Shown: positions 48,791 through 58,567 of the stretch, one piece after another | Numbering within the stretch: the first letter of the stretch is position 1 | How the letters are laid out: every line of letters begins with the position of its first letter | Source: an uncultured Planctomycetia bacterium | GTDB taxonomy: Bacteria > Omnitrophota > Gorgyraeia > Tantalellales > Tantalellaceae | Direction of reading: 5' to 3' | Length of the DNA stretch: 64,000 bases | NCBI GenBank assembly: GCA_964409365.1 | Contig: CAYPCX010000007.1 | Span: 18,655 to 82,654 of the forward strand | Made by a program: the position numbers and the translations under genes | The notes under the pieces: model-generated | What the model was told of the DNA's origin: nothing | The model's database searches: none | What the model saw: only the letters and a program-made list of their open reading frames with translations

Positions 48791-49021
48791 TTATGCTACT
48801 TTTTTGACCTTGCCGGCTTTGAGACACTTGGAGCAGACCTTGATCTTTTTCTTTTTACCCTGGATAAGGACGTTCACGGTCTGTATGTTGGGGGCGAACC
48901 GGCGGAGGGTCTTTCCGGTGATCCTCTGACCTACGCCGCCTTTACTTTTGGCCATACCTCTCCGGGCTATGGTCCTTCCGCTTACGGGTTTCTTGCCGCA
49001 TATATAACATTCCCTTGCCAT
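48791..49021 (-). CDS. rpmB: 50S ribosomal protein L28
   Basis: MARECYICGKKPVSGRTIARRG...RRFAPNIQTV aligns with L28 (CxxCGK..xxG...SH...T.RRF.PNLQ). Confidence 0.85.
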   Translation of the reverse strand: MARECYICGKKPVSGRTIARRGMAKSKGGVGQRITGKTLRRFAPNIQTVNVLIQGKKKKIKVCSKCLKAGKVKKVA

Positions 49022-49146
49022 CCTGGAACCTTTCTTTTATAATTTACAAATGGCCGCTGTTTTAGCGGCTAAATCAATCTATATAAGTACTTTAGCGAAA
49101 ACAGGGCAAATAATATCACATTAGAAAATATTATGCAAGGGAAAAA

Positions 49147-51198
49147 ATGCCCCGCGATATCCCCATAAGATACATAAAAGGCGTAGGCCCCCAGAAAGCC
49201 CGGGTTTTTGAAAAGCTGGGCATCGAGAACGTATCCGACCTTTTTTATTACCTGCCCCGCCGTTACGAGGACAGAAGCCGGATAGTCGATATCAAAGACC
49301 TCAAGCCGGGTGAAATGCAGGCCGTTATAGGTAATGTCCTCAGCGCGAACATCTTTACCGCCAGGACCGGCACCTGTATATTAGAGGTGGCGGTGGGCGA
49401 CGACAGCCACAGGGTGTTCGCCGTGTGGTATAACCAGCCCTATATGAAGAAGCTTTTCACCGCCGGGCAGAAAGTGATGCTTTACGGTAAGGTAGAGCTC
49501 GAGAGGCGTTTCCAGATCACTCATCCGACCTTCGAGATACTGGAGGGGGAGGATAAAAAAGGGTCTCTCGATATCGGCAGGATAGTTCCCGTGTATCCCT
49601 TGACCGAGAATCTCTCCCAGAAGTACATGCGCAAGACGGTGCACCGGGCCATCGGTTCTCACCTCAGGGAACTGCAGGACTGCCTGCCCACGCGCGTGAG
49701 AGCGAGGAGGAAACTGGTCGATTCCAGGTTCGCCGTGGAGAACATACATTTTCCGCATTCCTTCGATAATCTCGAAAGGGCCTATAAGAGGCTCGTGTTC
49801 GAGGAGTTCTTTATCCTGCAGGTCGTGATGGCGCTGAGACGTAAAAGTTTCAAGACCAAAGGAGTAAAGCACGCGGCGGGGCAGGGTTTTTTGGATGATC
49901 TCGAGAAGCTGTTCGATTTCAAGCTGACCCGCGAACAGAAAAAATGCATAAAAGAAATAGAACGCGACATGTCCGATGAAAAGCCGATGTACCGATTGCT
50001 CCAGGGGGATGTCGGAAGCGGCAAGACCGCCGTGGCCATGTACGCGATGTTGCTTTCGGCGAAGAACGGGTACCAGGCCGTGATCATGGTCCCCACGGAG
50101 ATCCTTGCCCGCCAGCATTATGTCACGATAAGCAAGACCTTCATGCCGCTGGGGCTGAACATACGCCTTTTGGTGAGCGGGATGGACCGGAAAGCGGCTG
50201 AAAAGGTAAAGAGCGAACTGGCGAGCGGGGAGGCGGATATAGTCGTCGGCACGCATTCGCTTATACAGGAGGGTGTTGATCTTGCCAACCTCGGCCTTGT
50301 GGTCATCGACGAACAGCACAAGTTCGGTGTCGCGCAAAGGAAGACGCTGCGCGGCAAGGGTGCCGCGCCGGACACGCTCGTGATGACGGCCACCCCGATA
50401 CCCAGGAGCCTGGCGCTCACAGTTTACGGGGACATGGACATCTCTTTCCTGAAGGAGAAACCCGAAGGCAGGGAAAGCGTTATCACATACTGGGTAGGTG
50501 AGGGCCGCAGGGAAAAGGTGTATGAGTTCATCCGCGGTGAAGTGAAAGAAGGAAGGCAGGCTTTTATCGTGTATCCCAGGATAAAGGATACGGCTTCTTC
50601 CGACCTTTTGTCGGCGGAGACGATGTATGAACACCTGTCCAAAGACGTTTTCGGGGACCTGCGCCTGGCGCTTGTCCATGGAAGGATGAAAGTGGAAGAA
50701 AAGGACAGGGTCATGAGCGATTTCCGCCGCGGAAAATACGACATACTCGTGGCCACTACGGTGATAGAAGTGGGGGTGGACATTCCCAACGTCACGGTGA
50801 TGCTCATCGAGCACGCCGAACGTTACGGTCTGGCACAGCTTCACCAGCTCAGGGGCAGGATCGGCCGCGGCGGGCACGCTTCGTATTGCATCCTGCTGGG
50901 GGAGGCGAAAACGGGATCTTCGCGTGAAAGGCTTTCGACACTGGCGGAAACGGAAGACGGTTTCGAGATAGCCGAAAAGGACCTGGATATCAGGGGGCCC
51001 GGAGAATTCCTCGGTACGCGGCAAAGCGGCCTGCCGGAACTGAGGTTCGGCAACATAGCCAGGGATTACGCGATCATGGAGGAAGCCAGGGGAGAAGCGT
51101 TCGGTGTGGTCAGTGGGGATCCGGGTCTCAAAGATCCCCACAATGCGGGTATCAGGGCAAGTATAACTGAAAGATTCAGGGGCAAGCTGAAAATATGA
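49147..51198 (+). CDS. recG: ATP-dependent DNA helicase RecG
   Basis: N-terminal wedge domain. Helicase motifs LQGDVGSGKT, DEQHKFG, MTATPIPR, TTVIEVGVD, QLRGRIGRG. Confidence 0.9.
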   Translation: MPRDIPIRYIKGVGPQKARVFEKLGIENVSDLFYYLPRRYEDRSRIVDIKDLKPGEMQAVIGNVLSANIFTARTGTCILEVAVGDDSHRVFAVWYNQPYMKKLFTAGQKVMLYGKVELERRFQITHPTFEILEGEDKKGSLDIGRIVPVYPLTENLSQKYMRKTVHRAIGSHLRELQDCLPTRVRARRKLVDSRFAVENIHFPHSFDNLERAYKRLVFEEFFILQVVMALRRKSFKTKGVKHAAGQGFLDDLEKLFDFKLTREQKKCIKEIERDMSDEKPMYRLLQGDVGSGKTAVAMYAMLLSAKNGYQAVIMVPTEILARQHYVTISKTFMPLGLNIRLLVSGMDRKAAEKVKSELASGEADIVVGTHSLIQEGVDLANLGLVVIDEQHKFGVAQRKTLRGKGAAPDTLVMTATPIPRSLALTVYGDMDISFLKEKPEGRESVITYWVGEGRREKVYEFIRGEVKEGRQAFIVYPRIKDTASSDLLSAETMYEHLSKDVFGDLRLALVHGRMKVEEKDRVMSDFRRGKYDILVATTVIEVGVDIPNVTVMLIEHAERYGLAQLHQLRGRIGRGGHASYCILLGEAKTGSSRERLSTLAETEDGFEIAEKDLDIRGPGEFLGTRQSGLPELRFGNIARDYAIMEEARGEAFGVVSGDPGLKDPHNAGIRASITERFRGKLKI

Positions 51199-51273
51199 TA
51201 GGTGTAAGGTGTGAAGTGTTAGTTTGCCGTGGATCCTAAGGGGGATGTAAGATGTTGGATATTAGATATTTGA
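51199..51273. repeat. heptamer-periodic degenerate repeats downstream of recG (taggtgt aaggtgt gaagtgt tagtttg ... tgtaaga tgttgga tattaga tatttga)
   Basis: Read directly. Same unit family as 46741-46790. Confidence 0.6.
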
Positions 51274-51349
51274 TGGGGGAAGAAGACATGTCTTTTTCCA
51301 AAGGCCTGTAACCTGTTTTCTGTTCACTGTTCACTAACATAGCGAGCAC

Positions 51350-51904
51350 ATGATGCGTATTATAGGAGGCGAGTTCAGGGGAAGGAAGATCAGGCAGCCC
51401 GGTACGGGAGCTGTAAGGCCCACGAAAGACAGGATACGAGAGGCGGTGTTCAATATCGTCGCCGCGGAGGTCCCGGGGGCTAAAGTGCTTGATATCTTTT
51501 CCGGCAGCGGCGCTTACGGGCTGGAAGCGGTATCGCGCGGCGCGGAGAAAGCCGTCCTGGTGGAGAGCGATAGATCTTCAGCCGGCACGATCTCGGAGAA
51601 TGTCCGTGCTCTCGGGGTAGGGGATAAGGTCAGGACAGAGGTCGCGGATGCCTTCGAAACCGTGGAGTCATTAAGCGAGGACAAAGAAAGGTTTGATCTG
51701 GTGTTCGCGGATCCCCCCTTCGGTAAGGGGCTGGCCAAAAAAACCTTGCTAATAATAAATCAATATGATATATTATTCCCTTCCGGATTGCTTATTATCG
51801 AGCATCACGCGGAAGAGTGTCTTCCCGAGACAGAGGGAAACCTTTCTGTTTATAAGAAAAAGACTTACGGAGATATTTTGATCTCCGTTTATTCCAGGAA
51901 ATGA
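51350..51904 (+). CDS. rsmD: 16S rRNA (guanine966-N2)-methyltransferase RsmD
   Basis: MRIIGGEFRGRKI...RPTKDRIREAVFN...FADPPF signature. Confidence 0.85.
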   Translation: MMRIIGGEFRGRKIRQPGTGAVRPTKDRIREAVFNIVAAEVPGAKVLDIFSGSGAYGLEAVSRGAEKAVLVESDRSSAGTISENVRALGVGDKVRTEVADAFETVESLSEDKERFDLVFADPPFGKGLAKKTLLIINQYDILFPSGLLIIEHHAEECLPETEGNLSVYKKKTYGDILISVYSRK

Positions 51905-52383
51905 CTAGAAAAGCGGTTTATCCCGGCACTTTCGATCCTGTCACGTACGGTCATCTTGATGTCATCAAGAGGGCTGCCCAGCTGTATGACAGGGTCTTCG
52001 TCGCTGTCGCGCACAGCGCGGAAAAATCACCCCTGTTCTCGGCCAAGGAACGTGTCCAGATGATGGCGGAAGCCGCTAAGGGTCTGGAAAATGTCGAGGT
52101 AGAGGACTTCGATGGGCTGGTGGTCGATTACGCCGTGAGTAAGTCGGCCAGGGTGGTCTTAAGGGGATTGAGAATGATCTCGGATTTTGAATATGAGTTT
52201 CAGATGGCCCTTACCAACAGGAAGCTCAACTCGGATGTCGAAACGGTGTTCATGATGCCGAACGAATCGTATTCATATCTTTCGAGCAAGCTGATAAAAG
52301 AGGTCGCCCGGCTGGGGGCGGACGTGTCCGAGTTCGTTCCCGGGAACGTCGACGCGAAATTGAAGGAGAAGCTCCGCAAATGA
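51901..52383 (+). CDS. coaD: phosphopantetheine adenylyltransferase
   Basis: AVYPGTFDPVTYGHLDVIKRA, RGLR, ISSKLIKEVARLG, full-length alignment to CoaD. Confidence 0.9.
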   Translation: MTRKAVYPGTFDPVTYGHLDVIKRAAQLYDRVFVAVAHSAEKSPLFSAKERVQMMAEAAKGLENVEVEDFDGLVVDYAVSKSARVVLRGLRMISDFEYEFQMALTNRKLNSDVETVFMMPNESYSYLSSKLIKEVARLGADVSEFVPGNVDAKLKEKLRK

Positions 52384-53381
52384 GCAGGATATTGGAGCTC
52401 AGAGAAAAGGCCAAGAAGGAAAAAAGAAAGATCATCCTTCCCGAGGGAGAGGACGCGAGGGTCCTGAAAGCCGCGTCGGTACTGGCCGCGGAGAACATGG
52501 AAGAAGTGTATACCCTGGGCAGAGAAGGCAGTGTGGCCGCTCTGGCGAAGGAACATTCCATATCTCTCGACAGGGTGAACATCATAGATCCTGTTACCTT
52601 TGAAAAGCGGGAAGAGATAATCAATACTTATTACGAGCTCAGGAAACATAAAGGCATGACGCCCGAAGAAGCGGAAAAGATCGTGATGGGTAAGCTCGTG
52701 TTTTACGCCGCCATCATGACGCGGCTTGAGATGGCCGACGGATTCGTCGCGGGAGCGTGCCACACCACATCGGACGTCGCCAGGGCCGCCATACATTGCC
52801 TTAAGCTGGACAGGGAGATCGGCACCGTTTCTAGTTCGTTCATAATGGAACTGGAGAATTGTCCTTACGGCGAGCAGGGCCTTTTCGCCTTCGCCGACTG
52901 CGGGATAATACCGTACCCGTCGGCGAAACAGCTCGTGGGGATAGCGATATCCACCAGTGACATATTCCGCAAGCTCTTTAATGTCGAGCCGCGTGTCGCG
53001 CTTTTGAGCTATTCCACCAAGGGCAGCGCGAAGGGGGATTCCATAGATACCATACGGACGGCACTTGCCAAGATAAAGGAGAAGAGGCCGAACCTGATGA
53101 TCGACGGCGAGCTCCAGGTAGACGCGGCCCTGGTGCCTGAAGTGGCCAAGATCAAATGCCCGGACAGCAACGTGGCAGGGAAAGCGAACGTGCTGATATT
53201 CCCCAACCTCGACGCGGGGAATATCTCTTACAAGCTCACTCAGCGCCTGGGCAGGTCAAGAGCGGTGGGCCCGCTTGTTCAGGGGATGAACAAGCCCTGC
53301 AGCGATCTTTCCCGCGGCTGCAGCTGGGAAGACGTTGTCGATACGACCGTTGTGACCGCGATAAGGGCGCAGGGGCTTTAG
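52380..53381 (+). CDS. pta: phosphate acetyltransferase (short-form phosphotransacetylase)
   Basis: 333 aa PTA_PTB fold (IILPEGED, AGACHTTSD, SRAVGPLVQG). Directly upstream of acetate kinase. Confidence 0.8.
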   Translation: MSRILELREKAKKEKRKIILPEGEDARVLKAASVLAAENMEEVYTLGREGSVAALAKEHSISLDRVNIIDPVTFEKREEIINTYYELRKHKGMTPEEAEKIVMGKLVFYAAIMTRLEMADGFVAGACHTTSDVARAAIHCLKLDREIGTVSSSFIMELENCPYGEQGLFAFADCGIIPYPSAKQLVGIAISTSDIFRKLFNVEPRVALLSYSTKGSAKGDSIDTIRTALAKIKEKRPNLMIDGELQVDAALVPEVAKIKCPDSNVAGKANVLIFPNLDAGNISYKLTQRLGRSRAVGPLVQGMNKPCSDLSRGCSWEDVVDTTVVTAIRAQGL

Positions 53382-53402
53382 CAGGTTTAAGGATAGAACG
53401 AT

Positions 53403-54545
53403 ATGTTGATCTTAGTTATAAATTGCGGTTCGTCTTCGGCGAAGTACGAACTCCTGAACGTGGAAAAAGAGACGGTACTGTGCGGCGGCATAGTGGAACG
53501 GATCGGCGAAGAACAGGCTTTTTTCCGCCATGAAGTCAACGAAAAAGGCGAGTTCCGGGAGAACGTCTCCTGCCCGAACCATCACAGGGCCATAGAGATC
53601 ATCAGGGACGCCCTGGTCGATCCGGAGAAAGGCGTATTGAAGGACGTCAGTGAGGTTTGCGGCGTCGGCCACAGGGTGGTCCACGGGGGAGAGGAGTTCA
53701 ACGCCAGCACCGTCATAGACGATAACGTCATAAAGAGTATAGAGAAATTTTCCGAGCTCGCCCCGCTTCACAATCCGCCCTCCCTGGAAGGCATAAGGGG
53801 CTGTATGAAAATATTCAAAGGCGTGCCCCAGGTGGCGGTATTCGACACCGCGTTCCACCAGACTATGCCCGAACACGCGTACTGTTACGGTATACCTTAC
53901 GAGTATTACGAGAAATACGGCATCAGGAGGTACGGTTTTCACGGGACGAGCCACCGGTACGTGGCGGGTAAGACGGCGGAACTCCTGGAAAGGCCCCTGG
54001 AAGAACTCAATATCATCACCGTGCATCTCGGTAACGGCTGCAGCATAACGGCCGTTTCGGGCGGGAAAAGCATAGAAACATCGATGGGTTTCACGCCCCT
54101 GGAGGGGCTTTTGATGGGCACCCGTTCGGGGGACCTTGACCCTGCGGTAGTCAGCTTTTTAATGGAAAAGGAAGGCATGAGCGCCGACGAGGTCACCACT
54201 GATGTGCTTAACAAGAAAAGCGGTCTCCTGGGCGTCTCCGGTATCAGCAATGACATGCGTGATATACTGAAGGCCATTGGTGAAGGGGACGAACGCGCCA
54301 AACTGGCTTATGAGATTTTTGCCTACAGAATAAAAAAATACATCGGCGCGTATGCCGCCGTTCTTGGCAAGGTGGACGCCGTGGTGTTCACGGCGGGCAT
54401 CGGGGAGAACGTGCCGAAATTAAAGGACGATATCAAGAACCAGTTAAGGCCCCTGCTCGGCAGCGGCACCGAGTTCCTGACGATAAGCACGAACGAAGAA
54501 CTTTTGATAGCGAAAGACACCTATCGTATAGTTCAGAGACGGTAA
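53403..54545 (+). CDS. ackA: acetate kinase
   Basis: ILVINCGSSSAKYEL, VHGG, FDTAFHQTMP, HLGNGCSITA, GTRSGDLDP motifs. Confidence 0.85.
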   Translation: MLILVINCGSSSAKYELLNVEKETVLCGGIVERIGEEQAFFRHEVNEKGEFRENVSCPNHHRAIEIIRDALVDPEKGVLKDVSEVCGVGHRVVHGGEEFNASTVIDDNVIKSIEKFSELAPLHNPPSLEGIRGCMKIFKGVPQVAVFDTAFHQTMPEHAYCYGIPYEYYEKYGIRRYGFHGTSHRYVAGKTAELLERPLEELNIITVHLGNGCSITAVSGGKSIETSMGFTPLEGLLMGTRSGDLDPAVVSFLMEKEGMSADEVTTDVLNKKSGLLGVSGISNDMRDILKAIGEGDERAKLAYEIFAYRIKKYIGAYAAVLGKVDAVVFTAGIGENVPKLKDDIKNQLRPLLGSGTEFLTISTNEELLIAKDTYRIVQRR

Positions 54546-54564
54546 AGCCATAGAGGAGAATAGC

Positions 54565-54789
54565 ATGCCAAAAGTAAAACACAGACATTCAAAATCACGC
54601 GGAGCGAAAAGGAGAACTCACTATAAAGCGGAAACCGTCGCTCTTTCCAACTGCCCCCAGTGCGGAAAAGCGAAAAAACCGCATCATGTTTGTCCTTATT
54701 GCGGGTATTACGCGGGCAGACAGGTAAAGTATGTCGAGACCCTCGAAGAGCGCAAAGCCCGGAGAGAGGCGAAACAGAGAAAGACTTAG
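54565..54789 (+). CDS. rpmF: 50S ribosomal protein L32
   Basis: MPKVKHRHSKSRGAKRRTHYK...CPQCGKAKKPHHVCPYCGYYAGRQV is the L32 zinc-ribbon pattern. Conserved position before plsX. Confidence 0.85.
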   Translation: MPKVKHRHSKSRGAKRRTHYKAETVALSNCPQCGKAKKPHHVCPYCGYYAGRQVKYVETLEERKARREAKQRKT

Positions 54790-54824
54790 TTCAGGTTCCA
54801 AGTTGCAGGTTTCAGGTCTCAGGT
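54790..54824. repeat. heptamer tandem array (ttcaggt tccaagt tgcaggt ttcaggt ctcaggt)
   Basis: Read directly, immediately after the rpmF stop. Confidence 0.8.
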
Positions 54825-54848
54825 ATTCGGATAATGACGGAGGTTTAA

Positions 54849-55841
54849 ATGAGGATAGGTTTGGACGCGATGGGCGGCGACAAGGCTCCCGAGAGCCCTG
54901 TGGGCGGCGCGGTCATGGCGGTCAATGAGTTCGGGTATCATGTCACACTGGTGGGCAGGGAGCACGAGATACGCGGCCACCTGAGGGACTATGACTACCC
55001 GGCCGACAAGATAGACGTGATCAACGCCACACAGACGATCGATATGGGCGAACCCGCCGCGCTTTCCGTAAGAAAGAAACGGGATTCCTCTATCGTCAGG
55101 GGTGTCGACCTTTTGAAGAACGGTGTTTTCGACGCGTTCGTGAGCGCCGGGAATACAGGCGCCGTGGTCTGCGCGGCCACGCTGAGCCTGCGGCTCCTGC
55201 CGGGCGTGGACAGGCCGGGCATAGCAGTGATAATGCCGAGCCTTCACGAGCCCTGCATGGTCATAGACGTGGGCGCCAACATAGACCCCAAGCCTTTTCA
55301 TCTTTTGCAGTACGGCATAATGGGGGACGCGTATTCCAAACACATATTGTCGAAACACAATCCCACTATAGGCCTTTTGAATATCGGCGAGGAATCCACC
55401 AAGGGCACGGATTTTATCAAAGAGACCCACATGATGCTTTCGGAAAGCAAGCTGAATTTCATAGGGAACGTCGAGCCCAAAGACGTGTATTGCGGCAATG
55501 CCGATGTTGTCCTGTGCGACGGGTTCGTCGGGAACGTCCTGCTGAAGGTGACCGAAGGGCTCGTTGACGCCGCGACCGCACTTCTGCGCCGCGAGTTCAG
55601 GCACAGCAGTTTCGTAGCGAAGTTCGGCGCGACCCTTACGCTTCCCGTTATCAATAATATCAAGAAGAAGGTGGACTCGGCCGAGTACGGCGGGGCGCCG
55701 CTCATGGGGGTCGACGGCAGCGTTATAATAGCGCACGGGGCTTCCAACGATATAGCTATAAAGAACGCGGTGCGCGTCGCGGGCGAGTTCGTGGACCATA
55801 AAGTGAACACGCACGTCGTCGAGGAACTGCAAAGCTATTAA
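54849..55841 (+). CDS. plsX: phosphate acyltransferase PlsX
   Basis: MRIGLDAMGGD, SAGNTGA, GFVGNV motifs. 330 aa. Confidence 0.9.
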   Translation: MRIGLDAMGGDKAPESPVGGAVMAVNEFGYHVTLVGREHEIRGHLRDYDYPADKIDVINATQTIDMGEPAALSVRKKRDSSIVRGVDLLKNGVFDAFVSAGNTGAVVCAATLSLRLLPGVDRPGIAVIMPSLHEPCMVIDVGANIDPKPFHLLQYGIMGDAYSKHILSKHNPTIGLLNIGEESTKGTDFIKETHMMLSESKLNFIGNVEPKDVYCGNADVVLCDGFVGNVLLKVTEGLVDAATALLRREFRHSSFVAKFGATLTLPVINNIKKKVDSAEYGGAPLMGVDGSVIIAHGASNDIAIKNAVRVAGEFVDHKVNTHVVEELQSY

Positions 55842-55897
55842 GTTATGAGTTATGAGTTATGAGTTGTGAGTGAGGAGTTGGGAGTTCGGAGTTAAAA
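55842..55897. repeat. heptamer tandem array: (gttatga)x3 gttgtga gtgagga gttggga gttcgga gttaaaa
   Basis: Read directly. Starts at the base after the plsX stop and runs to the fabH RBS. Confidence 0.9.
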
Positions 55898-55913
55898 ACG
55901 AGGAGAAAAATTA

Positions 55914-56891
55914 ATGAGAACAGGGATACTTGGTGTAGGAAAATATCTTCCGGAAAACGTTCTCACCAATGCCGACCTTGAGAGAATGGTCGACACTACC
56001 GATGAATGGATCACCACGAGGACCGGCATAAAGCAAAGGCGTATAGCTTCCGACACCGAAGCTACCAGCGATATGGCCGTTAAGGCCGCGCGTAACGCGC
56101 TCAAGCACGCGAACCTGGAACCGAAAGACATCGACCTTATCATCGTAGCGACGATAACCCCCGACATGTTCTTTCCGTCGACCGCCTGTATCGTACAGAA
56201 CAAGCTCGGCGCCAGGGAAGTGCCGGCGTTCGACATAGCCGTTGCCTGTTCGGGATATATATACGGGTTGGCTATCGCGGACCAGTTCATCAGGGGAGGC
56301 GCTTATAAACACGCGCTGGTCATAGCTTCCGAGAAGCTTTCGGCGGTGACCGACTGGGAAGACCGCTCGACATGCGTGCTTTTCGGTGACGGCGCCGGCG
56401 CGGCTGTACTGGGTCCTGTGGAAGAAGGCGGTATCCTTGGCGCCAATCTCGGCGCGGACGGCAGCAAGGGCGAACTTCTGCAGCTTCCCGCCGGCGGCTC
56501 GCGCATGCCCGCTTCCTTTAAAACGGTGGAGAACAAACTGCATACGATAAAGATGGAAGGCAACGTCCTTTTCAAGCACGCGGTCAAGATAATGGCGGAC
56601 GCGGCTCTCGCGGTAACGGAACCTCTCGGGCTCAAAGGGGATGATATCGATATTATCATACCTCACCAGGCCAATGTCCGTATTCTCAATGCCCTGGCCA
56701 AAAGGATGGGCGTCGATCCCGCGAAGAAGGTCTATCTTAATATTGAAAAATACGGGAACATGTCGGCGGCTTCGAGCGCGGTAGCGCTTACCGAGGCCGT
56801 GGAAGAGGGAAGGATCAAGAAAGGCGATACCATCCTGATGGACGCTTTCGGCGGTGGCCTTACGTGGGGCGCGCTTATTATCAAATGGTAG
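55914..56891 (+). CDS. fabH: 3-oxoacyl-ACP synthase III
   Basis: GILGVGKYLPENVLTNADLE, active-site AFDIAVACSGYIY (Cys), HQANVRI (His), GGGLTWGA. Confidence 0.9.
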   Translation: MRTGILGVGKYLPENVLTNADLERMVDTTDEWITTRTGIKQRRIASDTEATSDMAVKAARNALKHANLEPKDIDLIIVATITPDMFFPSTACIVQNKLGAREVPAFDIAVACSGYIYGLAIADQFIRGGAYKHALVIASEKLSAVTDWEDRSTCVLFGDGAGAAVLGPVEEGGILGANLGADGSKGELLQLPAGGSRMPASFKTVENKLHTIKMEGNVLFKHAVKIMADAALAVTEPLGLKGDDIDIIIPHQANVRILNALAKRMGVDPAKKVYLNIEKYGNMSAASSAVALTEAVEEGRIKKGDTILMDAFGGGLTWGALIIKW

Positions 56892-56897
56892 GACTTC

Positions 56898-57037
56898 GAT
56901 GTTTGTGCATTTCTTTCGGGGACGGTCGATTTTCCCAGCGAGAAAATCGACCTCGACAATTCCTTCGCTCGTCCGCGCTTTGCGCGGACACCGTGCTCGC
57001 TCAGTCATTAACGCCCCGTCAGAAATAGCACAAACAT
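56898..57037. repeat. ~140-bp structured element bounded by imperfect 17-bp terminal inverted repeats, with internal stem-loops; MITE-like or small-RNA-like
   Basis: Arms gatgtttgtgcatttct (56898-56914) and agaaatagcacaaacat (57020-57036). Internal hairpins gtcgattttc/gaaaatcgac and gtccgcgc/gcgcggac. Lies in the 197-bp fabH-fabD spacer. Confidence 0.5.
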
Positions 57038-57088
57038 TCTCAGTAATATGGGTTTTTGTTTAATAGTAAATTATTTTGGGAAAGGTTG

Positions 57089-58099
57089 ATGATCATGGAG
57101 AGGAAATTCGGGCTTTTATTCCCCGGGCAGGGCGCCCAGCAGGCGGGCATGGGCAGGGAACTTTACGAGATCCAGGCGGCGGCGAGATGGGTCTACGACC
57201 GCGCTGACGAAGTGCTGGGAAGAGATATCAAAAGGCTTTGTTTTGAAGGTCCGGAGAACGAGCTCGCGACGACCGCCAACAGCCAGCCGTGCATTTTCAC
57301 TACCAGTATCGCCACACTGAACGTGCTCGTCGAGAAACTGAAAGGCTCTCCCGTGGGGAACGATGAAAGAGAAATATTCTCCCCGGAGGATATACAGTCT
57401 ATAGGCGCTCTGGCGATGGGCCTCAGCCTCGGAGAACCGACGGCTCTGGTAGCTTCCGGCGCCATGAGCTTCGAGGACGGATTGAAGTTCGTCGCGAAAA
57501 GGGGCGAATTCATGGAAGAAGCCTCTAATAAAGAACCCGGCAAGATGGCTTCCGTGATCGGCATGGAACTGGACAAGGTAGAAGAGCTCTGCATGGGGCT
57601 CGGCTGTCAGGTAGCCAACCTGAACTCGCCCGGCCAGGTCGTTATTTCCGGCGCGGCGAGCAGGGTGGAACTGGCGGCCGACCTCGCGAAAAGCCAGGAC
57701 GCGAAGAAGGTGATTATGCTCAAGGTGAGCGGCGCGTTCCATTCGGAACTCATGCTCCCGGCAAAGGAAAAGCTCATCAAGGTGCTTGAGGAGATAGATA
57801 TAAAAGAGCCGGTCATAGATTTTATAAGCAATATCGACGCGGAAATCACGAGGGATCCCGCGAAGATAAAGGAAAACCTCGCCAACCAGCTTGACAACAA
57901 GACGTTGTGGGAAGCTTCAATGAAAAAAGCCGCTTCGCTCGGCGTAAAGGATTACCTCGAAGTCGGCCCCGGAAGCGTCCTGAAGGGTCTTGCGAAAAAG
58001 ATCGATAACACGCTCAAGGTCACCCCGATCCATACCCCCGAGGACATAAAAAGCCTCGCCGAACCCCAGCTTCAGGAAGGGCCCGAAGCGGCCCAGTAA
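57089..58099 (+). CDS. fabD: malonyl CoA-acyl carrier protein transacylase
   Basis: LLFPGQGAQ, active-site AMGLSLGE (GLSLGE Ser), GAFHS. Start is ATG 57089 or 57095. Confidence 0.85.
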   Translation: MIMERKFGLLFPGQGAQQAGMGRELYEIQAAARWVYDRADEVLGRDIKRLCFEGPENELATTANSQPCIFTTSIATLNVLVEKLKGSPVGNDEREIFSPEDIQSIGALAMGLSLGEPTALVASGAMSFEDGLKFVAKRGEFMEEASNKEPGKMASVIGMELDKVEELCMGLGCQVANLNSPGQVVISGAASRVELAADLAKSQDAKKVIMLKVSGAFHSELMLPAKEKLIKVLEEIDIKEPVIDFISNIDAEITRDPAKIKENLANQLDNKTLWEASMKKAASLGVKDYLEVGPGSVLKGLAKKIDNTLKVTPIHTPEDIKSLAEPQLQEGPEAAQ

Positions 58100-58291
58100 G
58101 CTGTCGAACTGCGGCATACTGCAATTTAAAGGAAATCATTATTATAGCGGTTAGTTATAAAATAGCAAGTTCTTTGCTTGTTGAGGATTCTCCCCTTTAG
58201 TAGTATAATAATAGTAGATATCACGATTTGACGTTTTGTAAAAACGGAGGTTGTGATGAAACTGATAAGAACTGGAGAATAATATACTGGG

Positions 58292-58314
58292 AACACCCGA
58301 AAGGGTGTTTTTTG
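58292..58314 (+). terminator. rho-independent terminator downstream of fabD
   Basis: aacaccc-gaaa-gggtgtt stem-loop followed by tttttg. An 8-codon mini-ORF (MKLIRTGE, 58256-58282, ggagg RBS) lies immediately upstream. Confidence 0.6.
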
Positions 58315-58348
58315 ATCCGTGATATTTTGAAATTATTGAAAATTTTAT

Positions 58349-58377
58349 TTGACAAATCATCAAAGATTTGCTATCTT
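58349..58377 (+). promoter_or_regulatory. putative sigma70 promoter for the RHS-repeat gene
   Basis: TTGACA at 58349-58354, 17-nt spacer, TATCTT at 58372-58377. About 240-nt leader follows. Confidence 0.4.
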
Positions 58378-58502
58378 GTACTTGTTGTTGTCGTTCTTTT
58401 ATGAGGTGACAAAGGTAAACCTGCCGAGAGGCAGGGACACAAAGCCACGGGTGCTTTTGTCCGGGCATTACTTCAGGAATATCGGACAGAAAGTAACGCA
58501 TA

Positions 58503-58567
58503 GCCGGGCTGCCGGATCGTTCATAACGCGGAAACGCGCGTTATATCGAAAAGCAGCCCGGTTTTTT
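58503..58567 (+). terminator. terminator-like/attenuator-like nested hairpin with U6 tract inside the 5' leader of the RHS gene
   Basis: Outer stem ccgggctgc/gcagcccgg encloses inner stem ataacgcg/cgcgttat, followed by tttttt at 58562-58567. Ends 52 nt before the ATG at 58620. Confidence 0.45.

Noticed and set aside
49381-51141. 586-aa minus-strand ORF.
   Set aside because: Antisense to recG, whose helicase motifs are clear on the + strand.
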